This document shows, piece after piece, positions 28,514 to 35,903 of a stretch of DNA of 64,000 nucleotides; position 1 is the first letter of the stretch, and every line of letters starts with the position of its first letter. The notes beneath the pieces are model-generated. The model searched no databases, had not been told where the DNA came from, and saw only the letters and a list, made by a program, of their open reading frames with translations. The stretch comes from Phycisphaerales bacterium (lineage in GTDB: Bacteria; Planctomycetota; Phycisphaerae; Phycisphaerales; UBA1924), in the NCBI GenBank assembly GCA_013360675.1, contig JABWBB010000008.1, forward strand, positions 54,792 through 118,791, written 5' to 3'. The position numbers were made by a program, and so were the translations under genes.

Positions 28514-28566
28514 CGTGCCTCTTCATCCCAATCGGCGGATCAACTCCGCCAACTCCAGCCGAATCG

Positions 28567-30162
28567 TTAGGCCCCATGCGACACCGGGTCAACTTTCCGG
28601 CCTTGTCCCGCCAGGCACACCAGTGTTGCCACGCACGTCCCGATGACCAGTTGCCACGGGAAGGCCATTTTGAACTCGGGCAGTGACACCATCCCCGCCA
28701 GCCCCGTGCGAAGCAATACCCAGACCGCCGGCTGCATCACCAGGACGACGCCAAACCCCGCGATCAACGCCGCCACGGCGCTGGTCTCATTCCCGAACCG
28801 GGTGAACAGCGCCGTCAGAAAGACCCCCAGCAGCCCGGCATAGGCGAACGACATCACCCCCAGGGCGAACTCCACGAGCGTGTTGTTCTCCGGGTCGTAC
28901 CAGAGGATGCACAGGCTGGCAAAGCCGCCCAGCACCACCCCGGCGCCCACCACACCACCCCGGGCCACGCGCAGGTAGTGTCCCTCGGCGTGCCCAGGCC
29001 GCCACCCCCGGTACAGGTCTGTCACAAATGTGGACGACATCGCGTTGAGCGTCGAGTTCACCGTCGACAGCCCCGCCGCGAAGAGCCCCGTCATGACCAG
29101 TCCGCCCAGCCCCGGAGGCAGGTGGTGCATCACGAAACTCACGAACAAACCCATGCGGCTGGGCGCTTCGACGCTCCGCCCCGTCAGGTCCGGGCGCTGG
29201 TAAAACACCCACAGCAAAAGCCCGATCGCCAGGAAGACCGCCACCGTCGGCACCCCAGCCAACACTCCGCCGATCACCGATCGCGCCCCCTCCTTCGCGC
29301 TGCGGCAGGTCAGCATCCGCTGCACCAGGTCCTGGTCCGTCCCGTGCGAGGCCACGATCAACAGCATCAACCCCGTCACGCTCGTCAGCAGTGTGAAGCT
29401 CTTGCTCGCGTCAAACCCATACAGCGGCTTGCCAGGATCGATTCCAACATCGATCAACGTCAACTTGCTCGCGAGGCCCGCCCCGGGCTCGCGCCACGCC
29501 GCGATGATCGAACTCCAATCGGAGGGCATCAGCCACACGAGATACACCAGCACGCCGCCCGCCGCCCCGACATAGACGGTGGCCTGCAGCACGTCGGACC
29601 AGATCACGCTGCGGATCCCGCCCGCCAGTGTGTAGCCGATCCCGATGGTCGTCATGACGACCACGCCGCCCACCAGGTGCAGGGGCTCCACATCGCCGAA
29701 GAGAATCAACGATGCCGGCACCGATCCGATGAACACCCGCGCCCCGCCCGCGAAGACGCGTCCGATCAGGTACGTCACGCTCGCGGCATGCTTGGCCCGC
29801 ACCCCGAACCGCCGTTCGAGCAGTTGGTAGGGCGTCGAGCACTCGTGCCGATAGAACGCCGGAATAAAGACCCAAGCGAGCACCACCGCCGCCAGTATGC
29901 CGCCGATGGTCCCCGAGAGGTACGTCAGGTTGCCGTAATACGATGACTCGGGCACGCCGACAAAGGTTGCAGCAGATTGGGCCGTGGCGAGCACCGAGAT
30001 GGCCACCGCCCACGACGGCATCGATCGCTTCGCCAGGAAGTAATCGCCCGTGTCGTGCTGCTTGCGCCGATTGATGAACAACCCCGAAACCAGCAGCATC
30101 AGCCCGTACGCCCCGAGCACGCCCCAGTCGATCCATCCCAGGGCACCTAGCGTGAGCGGCAT
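28567..30162 (-). CDS. Sodium:solute symporter family (SSF) transporter
   Basis: 531-aa polytopic protein with about 13 hydrophobic segments and an SSF-like N-terminal region (YFLAKRSMPSWAVAISVLATAQSAATFVGVPE). Confidence 0.85.
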   Translation of the reverse strand: MPLTLGALGWIDWGVLGAYGLMLLVSGLFINRRKQHDTGDYFLAKRSMPSWAVAISVLATAQSAATFVGVPESSYYGNLTYLSGTIGGILAAVVLAWVFIPAFYRHECSTPYQLLERRFGVRAKHAASVTYLIGRVFAGGARVFIGSVPASLILFGDVEPLHLVGGVVVMTTIGIGYTLAGGIRSVIWSDVLQATVYVGAAGGVLVYLVWLMPSDWSSIIAAWREPGAGLASKLTLIDVGIDPGKPLYGFDASKSFTLLTSVTGLMLLIVASHGTDQDLVQRMLTCRSAKEGARSVIGGVLAGVPTVAVFLAIGLLLWVFYQRPDLTGRSVEAPSRMGLFVSFVMHHLPPGLGGLVMTGLFAAGLSTVNSTLNAMSSTFVTDLYRGWRPGHAEGHYLRVARGGVVGAGVVLGGFASLCILWYDPENNTLVEFALGVMSFAYAGLLGVFLTALFTRFGNETSAVAALIAGFGVVLVMQPAVWVLLRTGLAGMVSLPEFKMAFPWQLVIGTCVATLVCLAGQGRKVDPVSHGA

Positions 30163-30348
30163 CCGTGGCCTCCGTTGCGACGGGTCCTCCGTGCGCGGGC
30201 CTCAGCATACCGATACGGCTATCGCCCCGGGTGTGTGGGCTTGGAGACTGGAAATTGAGTCGCTTGGATTCAGCGAGCGGCCGGTGCGGGCCAACGTCGC
30301 GGAGTTCCTGCCGCGAGAGACTTCATACCCGAGACGGCGAGTCTGGTC

Positions 30349-30996
30349 CTACCGCCGGCGACGAATCCCCATCAGCCCCGCGCCCAGCAGCAGCGACGTG
30401 CCCCCCGGCGAGGGCAGCACGCGGATGTCGCTCACCACCCACGTCAACATGGTGGTGGTGGGGAAGGGGAGTTTCACGATCGAGATGTCGACCAGCGTCT
30501 CGCCGAACGCGCCAAACCCGACATAGACGGGCACTCCGGGTACCACGCCGGGTACCACGATCGTGTGCGAACTGACCGTGCCCACCGCCGTGATCGAGAA
30601 CGAATGCGTGGACCCCGACTCGGCCTCCAGGAAGAAGTCGATCGCCGTCGCCCCGACGGGCGGCACCACGTCCGATCCTGCAATCCCGCCCGGCCCGCCG
30701 ATCGGCAGCGCGTGGAACGCCCCCGACATGAACGGTGTGCCCGGCGCTACCCGGTCATGGCTGGGCATGAACCCCATCGAACCGATTGGCGTCGCGAGAG
30801 GCATGCCCGGCGTCAGCGACGGCGGGTGGCCGTAGATTGCGCCCAGTGGCGAACCGTCGCCCGGGACGACAAGAAGCGGCGTGCCCATCGCGAGATCCAG
30901 CGCCGGCGGAGCAAACGAAGAAAAAATGGCGCCAGAGGCCTGCGAGACCATCCAACCAAGGCCAGCCGCGGCGATCATCATTCCTGCGGATTGCAT
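30349..30996 (-). CDS. PEP-CTERM-type sorting-signal protein (PSP variant), secreted
   Basis: ATG 30996 with AGGAGG upstream. Signal MQSAGMMIAAAGLGWMVSQASG. C-terminus VLPSPGGTSLLLGAGLMGIRRRR (motif, TM helix, Arg cluster). Confidence 0.7.
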   Translation of the reverse strand: MQSAGMMIAAAGLGWMVSQASGAIFSSFAPPALDLAMGTPLLVVPGDGSPLGAIYGHPPSLTPGMPLATPIGSMGFMPSHDRVAPGTPFMSGAFHALPIGGPGGIAGSDVVPPVGATAIDFFLEAESGSTHSFSITAVGTVSSHTIVVPGVVPGVPVYVGFGAFGETLVDISIVKLPFPTTTMLTWVVSDIRVLPSPGGTSLLLGAGLMGIRRRR

Positions 30997-31535
30997 CTCG
31001 ATCCTCCTCTCACACTCGTGCGCGCCATCAGGCCCACGGCCCGCTTGATACAGAATCTCCAACGACGATTCTCGTGGACGTTCACGCGCAGGCAATGGGT
31101 ATTCAGGGGATTCACTTCAAACTGAGTAATTGGGAATCGCAGCAATGAACCTCACTAAGGCCCCGTATTGCAACGTGCACAATGTATGCAATTGTTGGAT
31201 GTGACGTACCCACTGCTGGGTCGCTTCAGCGCGGTGCGATTAAGCTGTACTGCTTGCCGTTGATGCCTACCGCCTGGCACTGCCTGTCAATGCCGTTCCG
31301 CATGCATCGGCCGGGGTGATGTACGTTGCGCAACGACATCGCCCAAGACACCGCAGAGCATGCAATGAATACAGGCTCACCCCATTGGGCAGTGGTGGCT
31401 AGTGACGAGTTGTGAGCGACGAAACAGTGGGGGTAGCCGGGGAGGAGCCCGTTGAGCACCCTCCAAGGACGGCGATAGGCCTGATTGGCCTCTCGTGGCT
31501 CTTCATGAGCCACCCAATCCCGTCGACCGCTTCAG

Positions 31536-31625
31536 TCAAAAAAGGAAACGACTCGGTCGCGTGTTTCCGCCCGCGGCCGAGTCGTAGGAGGAGAGAGAGA
31601 CAAGACGCCGTCACAAGGGGTGGCC
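31536..31625 (-). ncRNA. Candidate small RNA, copy 1 (CU-rich anti-SD-like tract, hairpin, U-tail)
   Basis: In minus sense: GUCUUGUCUCUCUCUCCUCCUAC, then hairpin GACUCGGCCGCG-GGCGGAAACA-CGCGACCGAGUC (31550..31583), then GUUUCCUUUUUUGA. The 5' end is unknown. Strand was chosen because of the U-tail. Confidence 0.35.
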
Positions 31626-31649
31626 CGCTTTTCAGCCGGCCCAGTCAAC

Positions 31650-31735
31650 CCTTAGTTCAAACCCGGCTACGTGTTTCCGCCCGCAGCCGAGTCATAGGAG
31701 GAGAGAGAGACAAGACACCCACAACATGCCACACG
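31650..31735 (-). ncRNA. Candidate small RNA, copy 2 (sibling of copy 1)
   Basis: A 50-nt block (31670..31719) matches 31560..31609 with 3 mismatches. The hairpin ACUCGGCUGCG-GGCGGAAACA-CGUAGCCGGGU (31661..31692) is retained although its 3' arm lies outside the repeat and differs in sequence. The U-tail is weak. Confidence 0.3.
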
Positions 31736-31891
31736 ATTCGGACGTTGCCACCAATCGTGCCGGTTTTTCCGTTTATTCCGCCCCGCCGTCGCGCAAGGGT
31801 TGTGTTCGCAGTGTGTTACGGCCACGGAAAAACGCGCCGCGACGGGCCAAAAACCCCGCTTCCCTTTGAACAAATGGGGTCGTTTTCCCCG

Positions 31892-32698
31892 TCAGGCCAC
31901 CGCCTCGTAGAGTTCCCCCGCCGCCCGCCAGTTCACCAGACCCATCCAGGCCTGAACATAATCCGAACGTCGGTTCTGGTACTTCAGGTAGTAGGCGTGT
32001 TCCCACACATCAATGCCCAGCACCGGGCTGGCGGCGGTGGGGAACATGTCCTGCTGCTTTTCCGTCTGAGTGATCCACAGGCGTCCGCTGGCCCGGTCGC
32101 GCACCAGCCAGGCCCAGCCGCCCCCCTCGACCTGCGCCGCCGCCGCCTTGAAATGAGCCGTGAAGGCGTCGAGCGAGCCAAAGTCCCGGTCGATCGCGGT
32201 GGCGAGTTCACCCGCGGGGCTGCCCCCGCGCCCCGCCGGGGCCATCAGCCGCCAGAAGAGGCAGTGGTTGATGTGCCCGCTGGCGTGGAACGAGAGTTCC
32301 CGTGACCAGTGGCGCACGAGCGACAGATCGCCCCGCCCCTCGCGCAGGCGCTTGAGTTCGCCCAGGGCGGCGTTGAGCCCGGCGACATACGCCGCGTGGT
32401 GCTTGGTGTGGTGGATTTCCATCGTCTGCGCGTCGATCACCGGCTCGAGGGCGTTGCTGGCGTACGGCAGTTTGGGCAATGTGAACTGCCCCGCCCTCTC
32501 GTCCCACCCGAAGGCCTCGGGCCCGAACTCGCCCGACGGTGCCGCACCCGCGGGCACCCTTGGCGCGGGGAGTGACCCGGGTTGTGCGCTCGCACCGGCC
32601 GCGAGGGCGCCAACCCCCGCCAGGCCAAGGGCCGCGAGCGCGGAACGCCGATCGAGCGTGGCAGGCTCGCGCGGCACGTCGTGGTTATGAGTGTTCAT
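31892..32698 (-). CDS. sodA: Fe/Mn superoxide dismutase with twin-arginine (Tat) signal peptide
   Basis: N-terminus REPATLDRRSALAALGLAGVGALAAGASA. The SOD domain begins FTLPKLPYASNALEPVIDAQTMEIHHTKHH. C-terminal motif DVWEHAYYLKYQNRR. Confidence 0.9.
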   Translation of the reverse strand: MNTHNHDVPREPATLDRRSALAALGLAGVGALAAGASAQPGSLPAPRVPAGAAPSGEFGPEAFGWDERAGQFTLPKLPYASNALEPVIDAQTMEIHHTKHHAAYVAGLNAALGELKRLREGRGDLSLVRHWSRELSFHASGHINHCLFWRLMAPAGRGGSPAGELATAIDRDFGSLDAFTAHFKAAAAQVEGGGWAWLVRDRASGRLWITQTEKQQDMFPTAASPVLGIDVWEHAYYLKYQNRRSDYVQAWMGLVNWRAAGELYEAVA

Positions 32699-32788
32699 GC
32701 AGTCAGACTAGCCGGGAATTGCAGCGCGGTCATGGGGTGATTAAGCCACACTGCCGTGGTGCCGCGATCAAGCCGGATGAATTCCGTG

Positions 32789-34285
32789 CTAGTTGCCAAC
32801 GCGATATCGTGGATAGACAAAGTGGAAGTCGGTGCCAGCGCCTTCGTGTTTGAGGGCATTCATATTGGTGTCCTCGTCGTAGGGTGCCCTATCGTCCACG
32901 CCATCGGCGCCCTTGGAATAGAGCGTGTACCCCCAGGGCTGGCTCGCGTCGGGGCGATAGACAATCCCGTCGGGGTTCCACGGATCGACCGGGAGCGCGG
33001 GCAAGATGCCCGGCACAAGATCGGCGAGCGCGGCGGGGAGAACGCCCGTGCGGGCGCGATGGATCTCGATGGCGAGCATCAGGCGTGTACCGGCGAGTTC
33101 AAGAGCGGCCGCATCGGAGGCATGTATCGCCATGATGGCGGATTGCAGACAATGCCTGGCTGGCGGCTGATCATGAGGCAGTGAGGACGCCCATTCTTCG
33201 AACTCCCGGATTTTCACCGCACGCGATGCGGGGTTTGTAACCAACGCAAGCGTGGCCGCCTTGTCATAGAACTCATGGACGACTCTGGTGGTCTCGGATT
33301 TCGTGGGCAAGAACAATCCGAAGACGTTGACGACCGACAAAGATACGCCGCCAGGATCGACCCAAGAATCGTCCAATGCTCTTAAGCGCACCACAAGGAC
33401 ACGTCCATCGCCTTGCCCATCATCGGTGTGCGTCCGCTGGATCAGATCCAGCATGGCAATACGATCTCCCTCCAACGCGAATTCGATGCCCGGTTCGTCG
33501 GCGATGCGGCCGAGGGTTTGAAGCAGCCTCTCGAGTATGGCTTCGTGCACCGGTTGCTCGATCAATTCGTGACGGAGTTCTTTGCATGCAGCCGAGCGGA
33601 TCGCCATGCCCTGCAACCGATCAATCAGTTGGTACTGACGCCCGACGGCACGAGCAACCGTGAACGCGTCGTCGAACGCATCGGCCAGCGTGGTCATATC
33701 GCCATCCATGTGGGCGAGACGTTGACGCGCAGACAAGAGCCGGGCAAATTGTCTGTACATGAGATCACTGTCGCGCAGATGTTCCAGCAGCACGCCTTTG
33801 TGAACCGGACGAGAAAAAAATCGGCGGCTTCTGAGATTGGCGATTTGATGAAAAATGTCCGCTCGTGCTTGGCCTTCAACGATTGCACGAGCGTGTGTCA
33901 TCACGCTCTCGGGTGCGCCATCCGCCAGCACATCTTCAGCGTCTGGGGGCCAAGACCATTTCTTTGGCCAATCCGCGGGTCTCGGCAGGAGATGTAGAGG
34001 CGTATTCGGTTCGCGCAACGTGTCGAGATAGGACGCATAGGTATCACGAGAGCGTTGGATGATATCAGAGAGTTCCTCCCACCCATTGGGCTCGTGGGCG
34101 ACGTCGGCCTGATATGAAGCGACAAGTGCTTCTGCCTTCGCCGCGTAGTCGACGCTGCTGCCCGGTTGGGCGTTGAACGCCCAGTGCACCGCCCACGCAC
34201 CCCAGACGCAGAACACCAGCAGCGAAACGCCGAGCGTTAGCCATATGATGTTCCGCCACCGCCAGAAACCGGGCTTGGGTTTCAT
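32789..34285 (-). CDS. Membrane-anchored hypothetical protein with pseudopilin (GspG)-like C-terminal domain, paralog 1
   Basis: ATG 34285 (MKPKPGFWRWRNIIW...) with GGGAGG upstream. Single N-terminal TM, long helical region, and C-terminus LPALPVDPWNPDGIVYRPDASQPWGYTLYSKGADGVDD. Same length class as paralog 2. Confidence 0.8.
   Translation of the reverse strand: MKPKPGFWRWRNIIWLTLGVSLLVFCVWGAWAVHWAFNAQPGSSVDYAAKAEALVASYQADVAHEPNGWEELSDIIQRSRDTYASYLDTLREPNTPLHLLPRPADWPKKWSWPPDAEDVLADGAPESVMTHARAIVEGQARADIFHQIANLRSRRFFSRPVHKGVLLEHLRDSDLMYRQFARLLSARQRLAHMDGDMTTLADAFDDAFTVARAVGRQYQLIDRLQGMAIRSAACKELRHELIEQPVHEAILERLLQTLGRIADEPGIEFALEGDRIAMLDLIQRTHTDDGQGDGRVLVVRLRALDDSWVDPGGVSLSVVNVFGLFLPTKSETTRVVHEFYDKAATLALVTNPASRAVKIREFEEWASSLPHDQPPARHCLQSAIMAIHASDAAALELAGTRLMLAIEIHRARTGVLPAALADLVPGILPALPVDPWNPDGIVYRPDASQPWGYTLYSKGADGVDDRAPYDEDTNMNALKHEGAGTDFHFVYPRYRVGN
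32894..33085. repeat. Near-identical 192-bp tract shared with paralog 2 (34511..34702)
   Basis: Hand alignment gives about a dozen mismatches over 192 bp, much higher identity than the rest of the two genes. Confidence 0.8.
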
Positions 34286-34408
34286 TGAAAGAGCCTCCCC
34301 ACAGGGCATCGATCCTGAATCGCCATTCGCAGCCGTGAACCATAACCCGGAAAGGCGGCGATGTCTGTTCCTGCTTGTGTCCACCACTGAGGGGGGAACG
34401 GCCCGCTC

Positions 34409-35902
34409 TCACTCGCGGCGGTCGCGTTCCTGCAGAATCCGATAGTCCTTCCCCGCACCCTTTGGGCGGAGCGACTCCTGGTTCGCCTTCGGATCGAAGG
34501 CGCCGCCGTTGTCCACGCCGTCGGCGCCCTTGGAATAGAGCGTGTACCCAGCGCGTTGGCTCGCGTCGGGGCGATAGACAAAGCCGTCGGGGTTCCACGG
34601 ATCGACCGGGAGCGCGGGCAAGATGCCCGGCACGAGGTCGGCGAGTGCGGCGGGGAGAACGCCCGTGCGGGCGCGGTGGATCTCGATGGCGAGCATCAGG
34701 CGCGTTGAGGCCACATCGAGCGTGGAGGCATCGGACGCATGGATGGCCTTGTCGAAGGCGGGCAGGAGCAACTTGGGCAGCACCTGCAACCTCGGCAGAG
34801 CCTCGATCCACTCATCCAGAATCCTCCCGCTGGCGGCTCGCGATCCGGGGGTCGATGCAGCCTCCTGGATGGCCAGGTCATAGAACTCGTTGAAGGCGAG
34901 GGTGGTCTCTTTCTTGGAGGGCATCACGAATCCGGCGAGATTAGCGATGGGCGAAGCCGAGATCGGTGTGCCCCCCGCCATGGAACTGAGCGGGCCTGCG
35001 GCGCTGGGGATGAAGCGGCCGTCGCCGTTTCCGTCGTCGGTGTGCGTCCACTGGATCGTGTCCATGGCGAAGAGGCGTTCCCCCTCGAGCGAGAGTTCGA
35101 GCCCTGGCTCGGTGTCAACATGATCGAGCGCCCGCAACAGCGCCACGAGCATCTCTTCGCTGGGTGCTCGCTCGATCAGTTCGGTGCGGAGTTCCTGGCA
35201 GGCCATCGCACGGATCGCGATGGCCACGAGCCGGTCGATCAGCGTGGACTGTCGCCCCAGCGCGCGGGCGAGCGTCAGCGTGCCCTCGAACGACGCGAGC
35301 ATCGTCGCGTCGTCGCCGGCCTGGTGCGCGAGGCGCTGGCGCGCGGTGCCGGTCCGTGTCAGGGCGCGTGCGTGGCCTAGTTCGGGCAGAAGGATGTTGA
35401 GCAGTTTTTCGTTCGACGGGAGCGGTCGGACAAAGTGGCGCTGATTGCGCAGGGCGGCCAGCCGCTCGAACACGCCGGCCTGCTCGTGGGCCGCGATGAT
35501 CGCCCGGGTGTGCATCAGCACGATATCTGGGGTATTGGTTGCCAGGACATCGGCGGGGTGTGGAGGCCAAGACCAGCCCTCGGGCCACCCGGAGGGCGGG
35601 TTGTTTACATTGATCGGAACGCTCGAATTGTACAGCGATTCGTAATACGCCCTGGTCGACTCCTGGGACATCACGATGACGCCCGCGAACTCGTCCCACC
35701 TGTTGGGCTGGTGCGCGTCGGCAACCTGGCGAGACGCCACGAGTTCTTCCATCTTCTTCGCGTAATCGACGCTCGAACCTTCCTCCGCGTTGAACGCCCA
35801 GTGCACCGCCCACGCGCTCCACACGCAGAACGCCAGCAGCGGCACGCCAAAGACCAGCAGCAGGATGGTGCGCAGACGCCAGAACGGTGGGGGAGTGTTC
35901 AT
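34409..35902 (-). CDS. Membrane-anchored hypothetical protein with pseudopilin (GspG)-like C-terminal domain, paralog 2
   Basis: ATG 35902 lies 1 nt after the paralog 3 stop. N-terminus MNTPPPFWRLRTILLLVFGVPLLAFCVWSAWAVHWAFNAEEGSSVDY parallels paralog 1. C-terminus LPALPVDPWNPDGFVYRPDASQRAGYTLYSKGADGVDN. Confidence 0.8.
   Translation of the reverse strand: MNTPPPFWRLRTILLLVFGVPLLAFCVWSAWAVHWAFNAEEGSSVDYAKKMEELVASRQVADAHQPNRWDEFAGVIVMSQESTRAYYESLYNSSVPINVNNPPSGWPEGWSWPPHPADVLATNTPDIVLMHTRAIIAAHEQAGVFERLAALRNQRHFVRPLPSNEKLLNILLPELGHARALTRTGTARQRLAHQAGDDATMLASFEGTLTLARALGRQSTLIDRLVAIAIRAMACQELRTELIERAPSEEMLVALLRALDHVDTEPGLELSLEGERLFAMDTIQWTHTDDGNGDGRFIPSAAGPLSSMAGGTPISASPIANLAGFVMPSKKETTLAFNEFYDLAIQEAASTPGSRAASGRILDEWIEALPRLQVLPKLLLPAFDKAIHASDASTLDVASTRLMLAIEIHRARTGVLPAALADLVPGILPALPVDPWNPDGFVYRPDASQRAGYTLYSKGADGVDNGGAFDPKANQESLRPKGAGKDYRILQERDRRE
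34511..34702. repeat. Near-identical 192-bp tract shared with paralog 1 (32894..33085)
   Basis: See the partner feature at 32894..33085. Confidence 0.8.
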
Positions 35903-35903
35903 G

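Noticed and set aside
28290-28592. 100-aa minus-strand ORF upstream of lysW
   Set aside because: It is Arg-rich with poorer third-position GC than the alternative 39-codon frame. It would overlap the lysW ribosome-binding site and start, and also the end of the symporter gene. The 39-aa leader reading was preferred.
31226-31513. 95-aa minus-strand ORF in the long non-coding gap
   Set aside because: It has no SD and an odd Trp/Cys/His-rich composition, lies in a lower-GC promoter-like region and has no motif. I kept the region as non-coding, but a small gene cannot be excluded without homology data.
30997-31891. Known housekeeping ncRNA (tmRNA, RNase P RNA, SRP RNA, 6S) in the 0.9-kb gap
   Set aside because: I found none of the conserved strings I remember on either strand: GAGGAAAGUCC for RNase P, GGAAGCAGCC for the SRP domain IV region, and a tRNA-like 3' end ...CCACCA for tmRNA. 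A covariance-model scan is still needed.
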